Below are positions 39,373-51,600 of a DNA stretch of 61,133 bases, piece by piece. The translations under genes were made by a program, and so were the position numbers. The stretch's first letter is position 1; every line of letters starts with the position of its first letter. Origin of the DNA: Octopus bimaculoides (Eukaryota); assembly GCF_001194135.2 (NCBI RefSeq), contig NC_068983.1, positions 36,419,545 through 36,480,677 on the forward strand, in the 5' to 3' direction. The notes under the pieces were generated by a model, which saw only the letters and a list, made by a program, of their open reading frames with translations, ran no database searches and was not told the DNA's origin.

Positions 39373-40964
39373 GAATAAATATATGAATAAAGGAGAAAGT
39401 AGAAAAACAATGAATTACCATAGGGTGCAATTTGAAATGAGAGTGGGGGGAGGAAATAAGGGTTTCACCTCAAATGGAAGGTAAATATCTCACCTCTTAC
39501 ACTTCAGTTGATAGAGGAAAAGTTGATGTGGACACAGGAGACAACAGCTGCTGCAGTAGGTGTGTTGTTGCAAGCACACCTAAATGGCTGAGCGTGTCAT
39601 TAAGAGATTATTACTAAAGAAGCTAGGCGCTTGTACTACAGTGTAGCATGTCTGAGCTTTGTAGTAGAGGGGAGGGAGAAGGGCGAGAAGGTGAGTTGGT
39701 GGCTATGGAAAGAGGAGGAGTTAAGAAGAGGAAGGAGCTAAGAAGAAGAAGAAGCTAAGGAGGAAAAGCTAAGAATTAGAAGCCAAGAAGAAGAAACCTA
39801 GAAGAAAAAGAAGAGAAGTAGAGAAAAAGAAGCTAGAAGACCAAAGAAAGGAAGAGAAAAAAGAAGAAATGGTGGATAAGGGAAAGAAATTGAGAGACAA
39901 TGAGAATGAGGAGAAGTAAGAGGAGAAGAGAAGTTAAAAAAAAAAACAATAAGAAAAAAGGAAAATAGTAAAAGGTATAAATGGAATTAATTTTTAGTTG
40001 TTGGGAAATGCTGCTGTCTGGCTGTGTAACTGTAGATATATGTAAATATAGGGCAGATTGGTTAAGAAGATTGTTTTGCAAATCACCAGATCCCAGGTTC
40101 AGTTCCACTGTGTCACATCTTGGACAAGTGTGTTTTTATTATGCTACTTAAAAGAACTTAGTCCACACTTTAAAGTGGTTGATGTTTGGAATGGCATCCA
40201 GCTGTAAAAACTTTACCAAAACTGACCTTGCCTGTACTTGTGCCACGTAAAAAGTACAAAGTCAACTCTGCTGAGTTGTTGGTGATAGGAAGGGCATCCA
40301 GCTGTAAAAATCTTGCCAAAACAGTCACAGAAGTCTGGTGTAGGCTTCTGCCTGGCCGGCTCTTGTGAAACCATCCCACCCATGCTAACATGGAAGGGGG
40401 ATGTTAAATGATGATGATGAAGATGATGATGACCTTAGGTCAATCCAAGACTTGTGAGTGAAATTAGGTGAAGGGAAACAGTGGAAGCTTATCAGGAACG
40501 CTTTGCAACCATGTGGTCTTGGGTTCAGTCCCACTGAACAACACCTTTGGCAAGGTTCTTCAACTATAGCTCCAGACTGACCAGTAAGTGACTTTGGTAG
40601 GCAGGAGGCTACACAATGCTCCAATCTGATCTGGCAATGTTTCTACAGCTGGATGCCCTTCCTAACGCCACCATTTATGACAGTAGATGGTTTATATCAC
40701 TTGCATTGGCTAAATCATCATAATACTTTCCAACCTGCTAATGTATGCAGTTGGCTGACCAAACAAAACTACATTTTGGGTGATGTAATTCTCTCTATTC
40801 CATATAAATTAGCATATATTATACTCTACATACTTGTACATAAACTTATATTGTTTATTTTTATGTTTTTGTACTACATTAAAAACTATATATGCTTAGA
40901 TATCATGCAAAGTTTAAAGTGTATGTATGTATATATATATGTCACCATCATTATCATCATCATG

Positions 40965-41600
40965 TGTATATATCACCATCAACATCCTTCCATGCTGGCA
41001 TGGGTTGGATGGTTTGGCAACAGTTGGTAAATCAGAAGACTGCACCAAGCTCTACTGCCTGCTTTCACATGATTTCTATGGCTGGATGTCCCGTCTAAAG
41101 CTAACCACCTTACAGAGTGCACTGGGTGCTTTTTATGTGGCACCAATAGCAGCGAGGTCACCAAGCATCTTTCAAGACAGACCCCTCAGATGATGAGAAC
41201 TTAGATATGAATAGAGGGACAGAAATAGGGGTCTTGCAGTAGGTTACTTCAGCTGGAGAGAAAATGGAGAGAGAGTGGAGTGAGAGAAGAGAGAGATAAG
41301 ATGAAGATGTGACAGGGCCAAGTTAAAAGGAGGTATATAGAGAAGTGGACCAGGGATTGGATAGGGTAAGTTTATAAGGTTATGAAAGGAGAATGGAAGG
41401 TGGAGGAGAGGGGGATGTAATGAGTAGGTAGAGGTGGGGACTGTTACAATTTGTGTTAAATCCTTTTTTATGTTGTGGGGAAGAGATTTGACAGGGACAT
41501 AGCGTGCAGGTAGGTTCACAAAGGAGAGTGGAAGACAGAAGAGAAGGGAGAGGATATAGGAAGATGGAATGTGAGGGCGAGGTTTGTCAGGGACAGATTG
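40965..41600 (-). mobile_element. LINE-derived 3' fragment: pyrimidine-rich segment plus the RTE-type 3' module
   Basis: Ends in the same AGCATGGAAGGATGTTGATGGTGAT tail module as the other RTE ends; the upstream part is purine-rich on the plus strand. Confidence 0.55.
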
Positions 41601-41789
41601 CATGCAGGGGCATGGACATAAGGACATGTCATTATGGTCTCAATTTTACTTAGCTAGATGGTTGAGCACAGTAAATCGCCAATTGTCTGTCATTTGTCAT
41701 ATTCTGTTAGGCTCAAAATCTGAAGCTCATTTTCACAACTTTGTCCCATGTCTTTCTCTTCTAGAAGTTATCTTCATATTTAGAAATTG

Positions 41790-42115
41790 AAACGTTTTTA
41801 TGCAGCTGTCCTCATCCAAATGCACATTACATGTCTCTTATAACCAATTTTTCTGTCAAAACATTAGCTCTTTGTTATAACTGCACACTGACATTGCATA
41901 TCCAGTGGAGCATACTGACTTCATTTCTTTCAAACCTTCACAGGTCCTCTGCATTCACAGCCCATGTTTCATTACCATGTTGCATACTAGTTTGTATATA
42001 GGCATCATACAAGCTGCCTTTCACTCCGATAGAGAGGCTGTTTGTTACCAACAAAGGTAACAGCTCTCTGAACTTTACCCAGCTGGTTCTTATTCTAGCA
42101 ACTACACTTTCTAGA
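41790..42115 (-). mobile_element. RTE LINE ORF remnant
   Basis: ARIRTSWVKFRELLPLL...GSLYDAYIQTSMQHGNETWAVNAEDL. Confidence 0.85.
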
Positions 42116-42276
42116 AAAGGGGGTAGTAAGAAAGTAGATGTTAGAGTAAAAAAATAGAATAAATAAGAAGTAAACACAAGACAAACATAGAATATAGACC
42201 TCGTAAAGGGCTACAAATTGTTAAAAACATCTGAATACACTTTATAAGAAACAGTGTGATCATTAGTCCAACTTAC

Positions 42277-42372
42277 CTTAAATTTATTACCAAACATGAT
42301 TGTAGGTTTTGGAGGTTGTGTCTCATCAATTGATAGGTTATTTATATTTACTTTCTTCTGTTTTGTTAATCC
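42277..42372 (-). CDS. Internal coding exon (96 nt, phase 0 to 0) of the same gene
   Basis: Acceptor tttctctcttttccgtgtacag and consensus donor AAG|GTAAGT. Open frame GLTKQKKVNINNLSIDETQPPKPTIMFGNKFK is in phase with the 47762 exon. Confidence 0.75.
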
Positions 42373-43031
42373 CTGTACACGGAAAAGAGAGAAATTAAGG
42401 TTTTTTGTTTTTGTTTATGTATAGTGAAGGTTCAAGACATCTTACTCCCTCACACAAACACATACATTCAAAGTTATTCTGACCTTTAGCATGCTGAAGG
42501 CAAATCATGTCACCCTACGAGTTTTCTCCCCTCAAAATGAAATATAATGCCTCTGCAGCTACAGGAAAGAAAACTTATACAGAAAGATGATTCACCTTGA
42601 GAATGCTAATGATTAATGGGTTAGTATTAGATGCATAGATAGACGCTACCTGAAGTCAATTATGGATATGCATAGGTTCTATAATATACAAGAAACATTG
42701 GTATATACATGGGATTACAAGCTGCATAAAAAAGGATTTAACACAAATTGTAAAGTTTATTTATTTAGGCTGATAATTCGCAATGTCCTTATTCCCTTTC
42801 AGACCATGTTTGCTCCAATGTGTCTGCCTTGAAGATATCAAGAGCTTCTCTCTTCCTCCTACCATTCCAGGGGGCATTGCAAAGAGATTGCAGGAAAAAT
42901 CTTTGTTCCACTGACTAAGCTATAAAGCAGGGACTAGCAAATTTCTTATATCAATGACCTCTTCATGAAATCGGTAATAATTTATTGACATCACATTCCT
43001 GATGTATATTTCTAAAATAAAATTAAAAAGG

Positions 43032-43307
43032 AATTGCAGCAGTATGGAAGGTGTCTATAAGCCATTTAAAAACATACAAAAACTGTTAGATTCACTTCAA
43101 CATTTAAATTTAATTTGTCAAAATATTTTCATCGCTTTGAGACCGCGACCTACTTACTCACTGACAAATTAAATTTAAATGTTGAAGTGAATCTAACAGT
43201 TTTTGTATGTTTTTAAATGGCTTATAAACACCTTCCATGCTGCAATTGTTTTTGTTTCAGCGCACAATCTCAGATCAGGTCACTTGCTATGCAAGTACAT
43301 CTCTGTA
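43032..43307. repeat. Long near-perfect inverted repeat within a probable fold-back MITE remnant
   Basis: Arms 43032-43120 and 43162-43247 differ by one mismatch and one 3-nt indel; the loop is 41 nt. Confidence 0.92.
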
Positions 43308-43565
43308 AAAAATTTTAAAATTTCTTGATTTAAAAGCAATAATTCCTTCATTCTGTTATGTCATTACTGCATTTTAATAAGAAAGGTTTAGAGAAATTGA
43401 ATAAAAACACTAACAAAATTGATAAAGAACAATAAAAATTCAAATACATGTGGTCTCCTAACAGTCACAGCTATACTAAGGGAGATGATCATTTCATCAT
43501 AAAAATTTAGTCATATATGAATATAGTCAGAATATATAATGTGAAATATGCATTTGGCGAATACT

Positions 43566-43966
43566 AGGCGTAGGAGTGGCTGTGTGGTAAGTAGCTTGCT
43601 TACCAACCACATGGCTCCGGGTTCAGTCCCACTGCGTAGCACCTTGGGCAAGTGTCTTCTACTAGAGCCTCGGGCTGACCAAAGCCTTGTGAGTGGATTT
43701 GGTAGACGGAAACTGAAAGAAGCCCGTCGTATATATGTATATATATATATGTATGTGTGTTTGTGTGTCTGTGTTTGTCCACCCCAACATCACTTGACAA
43801 CTGATGCTGGTGTGTTTACGTCCCCATAACTTAGTGGCTTGGCAAAAGGGAGACCGATAGAATAAGTACTAGGCTTACAAAGAATAAGTCCTGGGGTCGA
43901 TTAGCTTGACTAAAAGGCGGTGCTCCAGCATGGCCACAATCAAATGACTGAAACAAGTAAAAGAGT
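43566..43966 (+). mobile_element. Full-length tRNA-derived SINE, family A
   Basis: tRNA-like head (GTGTGGTAAG...GGTTCAGTCCC), body, central TA/TG microsatellite and 3' half ending GAAACAAGTAAAAGAGTA. Many copies are present in the window. Confidence 0.88.
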
Positions 43967-45979
43967 ACTAGTACTAGTTACTAGTTATTGCATTGATAAG
44001 TGGCTGGAAAAATTAGTGACTTCTAGCCTGGAATAACTGTGCCCTTCCAGATTCAGATTGCTAATAATTCAGCACCCTCAATGCTTAAAAGTGTTTCAGA
44101 TGTTTTATTGACTCCCATTAAAAGTCACATAGACTACCAATCTCCAGAAGTCAATATTGATCATTTTACAATTCCCAGTTAAAGAGGAAAGATGTATGAA
44201 CTGATGAAACAAATGATATTAATTAAAGGGCAACATATCTCAAGTTTGTGTTTATGTTTGTGTGTGTGTGTGAGAGAGAGAGAGTATACTTCAAAAGAAT
44301 GTTCTTCATGTCATCATTTAATGCTGGCGTGGTTTGGGCAGTTTGACAGGATCCAGTGAGCCACAAAGAACGTGTTGAGCTCCAATGTCAGCTTTGGCAT
44401 GATTTCTACAGTTAAATGCCCTTCCTAATGCCACTCTTTTTACAATGTGTACTGGGTGCCTTTTTCTGTCACTGTCACTAGTGAATTCACAAGTAACTTG
44501 CAAGACAAAGAAAAGAAAAAGCCTTCTTGAGTTAGAAAAAATGTATTAGAAAAGAGGGAAGTTGGTTTATGAAATGCTAAATTATGATAAAGAGGCAATC
44601 ACGACAGTCCTGCTGTAGAGGAGGTACAGGACTATCTTATATTATATAAGGATGGGTAGAAATAAGTAGAAAGAAGATAAAGATGGTGGTTATGATGTGC
44701 CATATAAATATGGTAAGGAATCCTATATATGTTATATAATGATTTAAAACAGTTCAGTGAAATGAAATTATTCAAGCCATTATTTCATAAAAAATGCTTA
44801 CTAGGAGCATTTAAAATCTAAAACCAAGGGAGATAATTCCAATAAGATCAGTTGATGGAAATAGTTGATCAATGCCAATTACAATGGATCAAATTTTTAC
44901 AAGCATTCGGTTAAAGTAACAAATGTTTCACTTATATAACCTCTTCAATGATGCATTTAATACTCAGTTGGAAAGACTAGGAGTTATCATCACCATCATC
45001 ATACATAGATATACAGGCAATGAAATGATAGTGATTATAAATATGAACAATATGGCTGAAGAAAATGAATATGATCAAAGTTTTCAACTTATATTACATA
45101 AATGAATTCCTACCATGTTTATGTTTAGTATGTAGAACACTACCCTGTGTTCTACATACTAAAGTTACTCTGAAGTAACTTTTCTACAGCTGTACACCCT
45201 TCCTGTCACCAAGCCTCACATGTTCCCAAGTAAGGTAATATTCTCATGTTCTCATATGACACTGTTTGTAAACCAATCATTCATAATCACACTATGTCAA
45301 GACACACACACACAAATGACACAAGAAATAACAAGAAACTTAGCATCTGTAACTTTCGCACAAGTAATCACACATATACGAATGTCCTTATCCAGTTTCC
45401 ATCCACTCAAAGAATTTGGTTGGTTTGGGTCAATAGTACAAGACATTTGCCCAAGGTGCTGCATAGTGGAACTGAATGAGAAACTAAGTGGTTGGGAAGT
45501 GAATTTTGTGTGTATGTGAGTGTGAATATGTGTTAATTATTTTTACTTTTGCAAACAGAGTAGAAAATGCCTTGCTGAAGAGGCCTAATAAGACAGGAAC
45601 ATGTCCAATGCTTTCACTGTCAACTGATCTTATTGAAATTATCTCCCTTGTTGATTTTATAATTTAGATACTTCAAGAGGGAGATTTTGCCTACTAACTG
45701 TATGTGTGATTAAGATGTTCACAACAATGTGGTTCCAGGTTCAATCCTACTGAAAGGTACCTTAAGGTAAATGCTTTTGGTAAATGTCAGGTTGATCAAT
45801 AATTTGTGAATGAAATTTGATAAAAAAATAAACTGTGAATATGTCAGCCACATGTATATATACACAGGTATCAATATATGTATAAATGTAAGCATATATA
45901 CATGCATGTGTGTATGTATGCATGTAGGTACATATGTATGTTCAAATATGCTTTGAATATATATATATATACACACACA

Positions 45980-46315
45980 CAGGGTGTGATGGGTAAATTG
46001 TCACCATTTTACATTTCTAATTTCATGCATGCACATTGTTTGTTTTTGATTTTGTCAACTACACAGTATAGTAGAGTCAGTTGAGTACTGTCTGTGAGAA
46101 AAACAGCACTATGATGCAATTCACTCTGCCACAAATTTGGAAATGACATGCTGTACTGCTTGGCATTTGCTCCAGAAGCTCCAATACGAACATTTCAGGG
46201 TATTTGGGTGTCAATCTGAGGACAGTGAAGAGGATTCAGAAAGAGTTGGATGAGTCTAATGGTGATTATGAATGTATAGCAGCTTGGAAAACTCATTCTG
46301 ATTGTTCTAAAAAGG
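45980..46315 (+). mobile_element. 5' fragment of a decayed Tc1/mariner element (left end plus transposase N-terminus)
   Basis: Starts CAGGGTGTGATGGG, similar to the TIR at 56242. From 46111 it reads MMQFTLPQIWK*HAVLLGI...NISGYLGVNLRTVKRIQKEL, an HTH-like N-terminus with an in-frame stop. Confidence 0.7.
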
Positions 46316-47193
46316 GTCACTTGATATGCTAGAATTAGTAGCCAAAATCTACTTTATATCACACTCTGCTAACTTAAAAAAGAAGGAAGCAACAGAGACA
46401 TATCTAGGCCTTTATTTAACTCTTTTGTTACTATATTCCTGTTGCAGTTGCTCTTGAAATAAGGAGAAAATTAGTAAAATAACTGTCATTATTAAGCTAG
46501 TGTTTGGAACATAAATTATCATGAAAATTGTGATGAAAGCTTTAATTGGATTTACTTTAAAGCAGGAAGTGTGCATCAAAGACCCAAAGGTCTTCTCAGG
46601 TGGGTTGGGATCAAAAGGAGCGCAATATGGTGCATGTGTGAAAGTGTGTGGGATTTCGCTGCTATTTCTTGCAAAGTGAATGGCCACACAGAGACTCCCT
46701 CCCAAAACAACAAACTTCACAATAAACCAATTTTGTGAGACCATGACCTATGAGACAGGGTATTTGTGCTAGGTAAAAAAAAAAAATCAGTTATTATTCA
46801 TATCAACAATAGTGTAGAGGTTTGGTTTAGGTGATTGAGTACCTTTCAGACTTTACCCTTGCACCGATGGATTCTCAATACAAATGTTTTCAGGTTTTAT
46901 TCTGCTTTTCACCCCTCTGGGGTCAAAGCAACTAAATACACGAACCCTTGTTCATGTACAATATGTAACTATAGTTCATACATGTGAATAATAGTTCATT
47001 CTTTATATTTCCCCTTTGAATATGTACCCCTACTCTTTTGTTTCACATGGGAAAATACCTTAACAAGTTTAGTCAACTATTTATAAGTCTACTAGTTATT
47101 GCATCAGTATTTTTTGCCAAACCACTAAGTTACAGGGGATGTAAACTGACTAACACTGATTGTGAAACATTAATGGGATACAAACACAACAAG

Positions 47194-47494
47194 TGAAGGC
47201 ACATGGCCTAGTGGTTAGAGCAGTGGACTCGTGGTTGAGGGATCATGGGTTCGAATCTCAGACCAGGTGATGTGCGTTTATGTGTGAAACACCTAAGCTC
47301 CACACAATTCCGACAGAAGGTAATGGGGGAACTTCTGCTGACTTTTGCACTACAGCTTTCTCTCACTCTTTCCTCCTCCTGCATCTAGCAGCTCACCTGT
47401 GATGGACTGGTGTCCTGTCCAGAAGGGAAACTATATGCTAATGAAACTGGGAAACCGGCCCTTATGAGCCAGGCATGGCTCGAGAAGGAACAAA
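47194..47494 (+). mobile_element. SINE family C-related copy nested in a SINE A
   Basis: 13-bp TSD CAAACACAACAAG (47181-47193 and 47495-47507). tRNA-like head TGGCCTAGTGG...GGTTCGAATCTC. Confidence 0.85.
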
Positions 47495-47554
47495 CAAACA
47501 CAACAAGCAAGGATACACACATGCACGCACATGAACATGCACACACACATACAC

Positions 47555-47715
47555 GATGATCTTCCTTTCAGTTTCTGGTTAATAAATCCCCTGACATAGC
47601 TGTGATTGTCCTGGGGCTATAGAAAACAACACTTGCCCAAGGTGCCATGCAGTAGGATTGAACCCAAGATCACATAGTTGGGAATCAAGCTTCTTAACCA
47701 CATAGACATACCTGG
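47555..47715 (-). mobile_element. SINE family A 5' half
   Basis: Reverse complement matches the head of 43566-43966. Confidence 0.75.
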
Positions 47716-47761
47716 TGTATAAAATTTTTATTGTACAAGATTTTTGTCATATTTTACTTAC

Positions 47762-47823
47762 ACTGTATGGGGATTTTTTAGACTCTTTCTCTTTAATGAA
47801 TGCAAGTGGCCGGTTTTCTCTAT
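47762..47823 (-). CDS. Internal coding exon (62 nt, phase 1 to 0) of the same gene
   Basis: Strong acceptor ttctttgttgttatttttcag and donor GTAAGT. Phase matches the 60886 exon and gives (D)RENRPLAFIKEKESKKSPYS. Confidence 0.7.
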
Positions 47824-48034
47824 CTGAAAAATAACAACAAAGAATTAGATGTATTGTTTTGTTTTTTTTCAGTCTAGAAACACATGTGAACAAATTATAA
47901 GAGTGCGTGCATGCGTATATAACTTCTCAAATGAGAGTAAATGGATAGTTAATAGAAAATTAGAGCTTAGATATGTTTATTTGAAACTGAAGCTTCATTT
48001 TAATGCTACTCAGAGCTTTATACCATATTTTCCG

Positions 48035-48200
48035 TCATACAAGTGGCTGTGTGGTAAGTAGCTTGCTTACCAACCACATGGTTCCGGGTTCAGTCCCACT
48101 GCGTAGCACCTTGGGCAAGTGTCTTCTACTATAGCCTCGGGCCGACCAAAGCCTTATGAGTGAATTTGGTAGACGGAAACTGAAAGAAGCCCGTCGTATA
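48035..48200 (+). mobile_element. SINE family A 5' half, little diverged
   Basis: Nearly identical to 43575-43735, with CpGs retained. Confidence 0.85.
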
Positions 48201-48238
48201 TAGGTGAAACACGATATACATACATATATATATATGGG

Positions 48239-48297
<59 letters not shown>

Positions 48298-48884
48298 TGA
48301 TTATTTGAAACATAATCCACTAATCAGAGGTTAAAAGATATTTCTAAATCAATGAGAAACACAGCCCTTACTGCAACTGTGTTAACAGGGCCTTAAATGT
48401 CAAGTAATTCACATACACACACACTTTACATTAAAGACTATATAGCCACTGACAATAGCTACAGTATCAAACATATGTTTCAAAATTCTATTTGACTTTT
48501 CCCTTGTATGTCAGTCGGCAGACAAGTCTGACTAACATTTCATTTTCTTAATCAAACAAATTTAAACAATGGTGATTTACAAATGTGACACAAGCAAATG
48601 ACAGAGGTGGAGGAGGAGGAGGAGGAGGAGGAAGTAAAAGAAGTAGCTGGAGGGAAAAGAAAGAGAAACAGTTAATCAGTGAAGGAGAAAGAGCTTAGAG
48701 AAAAAAGATGAAGGGATGGAGAGATAGGAAAGGAGAGAGAGAGAGAGAGAGAGANNNNNNNNNNNNNNNNNNNNNNNNNNNNNNNNNNNNNNNNNNNNNN
48801 NNNNNNNNNNNNNNNNNNNNNNNNNNNNNNNNAACTAGATCGAAAAGATGGAGTTGAGGGATAAGAAGAAATTAAAAAGAAAAA

Positions 48885-49170
48885 GAAGCTAGAAGAAGAA
48901 GAAGAAGAAGAAGAAGAAGAAGAAGAAACTAGAAGAAGAAGAAGCTAGAAGAAGAAGAAGAAGCTAGAAGAAGTAGAAGAAGCTAGAAGAAGAAGAAGCT
49001 AGAAGAAGAAGAAAAAGCTAGAAGAAGAAGAAGCTAGAAGAAGAAGAAGAAGCTAGAAGAAGAAGAAGAAGCTAGAAGAAGAAGAAGCTAGAAGAAGAAG
49101 AAGAAGAAGAAGAAGAAAAAGAAGAAGAAATTAGAAGAAAAAGAAGCTAGAAGAAGAAGAAGAAGAAGAA
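48885..49170. repeat. (GAA)n tract with periodic GCTA interruptions; a related tract lies at 39735-39850
   Basis: AGAAGAAGAAGCT units are directly visible. Confidence 0.9.
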
Positions 49171-50699
49171 GCAACAAGGGCATTCTATGAGAACTAGAAT
49201 GACTCTAACAAATGTAGAATGGAAAGACGGTGTGGATCTTTGTTTTTCTATTCTTGTCCCCAACTCCCTCCATCCCTGCCAACCATGGATGAAACAGCTT
49301 GCTTGACCTCATTTATCCTAACACAGTTGTAACAAATTGTTTATCGTCTTTTTTTTTTTAAAGATAAGATAAATAAAAAAAGTTTTCTTTTCATTTTTTA
49401 TTTTTTTGTTTCACCTGCTTTAAATCAACTGAGACAATAAGAAAATGAAAGAAAATCAATAACTTATAATTGTTGTTGTTGTTGTTATTGCTGTTGTTTT
49501 AGTGCACAACCCACCTGTCCCTGGAGGCAGACCCCCCCCCTTTATATTTTGTTTCATTTCTGAATGCTCAGTCTAGAGAAAGTGAAATGCTGATGGCATT
49601 AGAAGCCACCACTACCACCAAAACCACCACCACCACCACCACCACCACCACCACCAAAACCACCACCACCACCAACATGTTGACCAGCAATGTTTGGCTT
49701 AAACTGTTGTTGCAAGTTGACACTTGTAAGGAAAAACATGACCATTGAAAGAGTTTCTGCTGCAACAGATCTATTATTAGAAGCACTCCAGCCATGACCA
49801 TCTAAACTTTTTACAGGCATACAGTATCTTGCATACATTGCTCATTAGATTCTTTTTTTTTTTAAGGTATTAGCTACAATGTCAGGAGAGGACTGGAGTT
49901 GGCTGCTATTTCCAGCAGACTGATCAACCACATAGAGGCTCCTGTGGTAGCTTGTGATGATGGTGTTGGTAATATTGGTGGTCATTCTACATTGAGTATG
50001 ACCTGTGAGCAAAGTTATTCCAAATGTGGACATCCTAGTTTTCTTTTAGGCATTATAAGTGCAGGAATGGCTATGTGGTAAAAAGTTTGCTTAAGAAATT
50101 TACTTCCCAACCACCTGCTCTCTGGTTCAGTTCCACTATGTAGCACCTTGGCTAAGTAGCTTCTACTATAGCCCTAGGTCAACCAAATCCTCATGAGTGG
50201 ATTTGGTCAACAAAAACTGAAAGAAGCCCATCATAAAACTTTTTTTTACTTGTTTCAGACATTTGACTGTGGCCATGCTGGGGCACCATCTTGAAGGGGT
50301 TTTAGTTAAGCAAACTGACCCCAGGACTTTTTTTTATATAGCTTGGTACTTATTCTATGGGTCTCTTTTGCCGTACCACTAAGTTACAATAACGTAAACA
50401 TACCAACACCAGTTGCCAAGCGGTGATGGGGAACAAACACAGACACATGCATACATATATTATTTTAAAAACCACCAATATATGTTTTTATGTGTTAATA
50501 TTAGTTTCATGTGATGAAAGCATGTCAGACAGTATTTTTTAACATGTCTGTTGCCTTACCACAATCTTCAGACACCAGATATATTAAAAAATACTATCTT
50601 TCATTGCATAAAACTAATATTAGCACATAAAAACATATATTGTGTTAATCAAATATTTATCTCTCACCAGATGGAGTACATTTTTTTGCTGATCTTATC

Positions 50700-51165
50700 A
50701 TCACAGAACTGTATTTGGGATGACGTCAGCAGCTGAAGGCGCACTGTACGTCTTAATGGAGCAGAGGAATGGTGATAGCGGTCAATTTCAGAAACAACAT
50801 CTCCATGGATGGAATGCTGTGTCACATTTTGGACCTTTGTAGGATTGTCACTTCGTCGGATGACAATTGTGGAGAGGAGGAGGAGAACGAGGCGCCTAGC
50901 TTGAGGAGATCTCGACATGTAAGGCGCTTGCCCAGTTGGATGGTGGACTTCAACGTGGAGTAGGGGGGATGTGATCTTTAAGATTAAGGTGGCGTGTGGA
51001 TGACGTCAGTGGCTGGGGAGCTGACCAGAAGAAGAAGGGCATGCAGGTGACGTGCGCACGGGAGGGGGGGAAGATTGCGTCCTTTTCGATCGGGGAAGCA
51101 GTGAGTGCAGGATGTGTCAGTGCTTCATCAAGGTGAAGGAAAGCAGCTGCTATTTTTAGCGTTTC
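50700..51165 (+). mobile_element. Ty3/Gypsy LTR retrotransposon 3' remnant: integrase C-terminus, PPT and start of the 3' LTR
   Basis: Reads CTS*WSRGMVIAVNFRNNISMDGMLCHILDL...LRRSRHVRRLPSWMVDF*, a typical integrase tail. It is followed by the purine tract GGAGTAGGGGGGA (50957-50969) and TGTG at 50970. The region is CpG-rich. Confidence 0.75.
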
Positions 51166-51289
51166 GGGACAGGTCAAACCATCCAACCCATGCCAGCATG
51201 TAAAATGAACGTTAAAGGATGATAAGATGATAACAATGATGGCAATGATGTGTGTGTGTGTCTGTGTATAAGTGTACAAGTGTGTGTAT

Positions 51290-51600
51290 GTTTGTGTCTC
51301 CTCATCTTGACATTGCACAGTAGTTGTAAACGGGTGGATAAATATGTAGGTATACAGGTAAATGTGTGCATTGTGTTTGTCCCTGCTTTGACTTTACGCA
51401 ATGGCTGTAAACAGGTAGATAAGTATGAAGGTAAATGTGTGTGTGTGTGTGTGTGTCTCTTTGCTTTGACTTTACACTATAGTTGTAAATGGGTGGATAA
51501 GTATGTAGGTAAATGGGTGGATAAGTATGTAGGTATGTAGGTAAATGTGTATATGTGTGCTTCTTTGCTTTGACTTTACTCTATAGTTGTAAGTGAGCAT
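51290..51600. repeat. Degenerate 75-85 bp tandem repeat, about 4 units
   Basis: Recurring GCTTTGACTTTAC...GTTGTAAA.GGGTGGATAAGTATGTAGGTAAATGTGT. Confidence 0.75.

Noticed and set aside
39490-39700. GC-richer unique segment with minus-strand donors GTGAGA and GTAAGA
   Set aside because: The only phase-0 reading (VCLQQHTYCSSCCLL...) is not protein-like and the acceptor is weak; unsupported without RNA data.
46412-46744. 110-aa minus-strand ORF with a signal-anchor-like N-terminus and an apparent donor at 46555
   Set aside because: 46425-46622 is a piggyBac-type MITE and 46650-46700 matches another common repeat; the ORF and donor come from repeats.
47197-47270. tRNA gene-like sequences (also 31075-31148 and 34600-34675)
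   Set aside because: They are SINE heads followed by SINE bodies and bounded by TSDs; no complete cloverleaf was evident.
50055-50445. SINE-A 5' half forward followed by a 3' half in reverse orientation
   Set aside because: The order does not fit twin priming. It is most simply two truncated copies or a local inversion.
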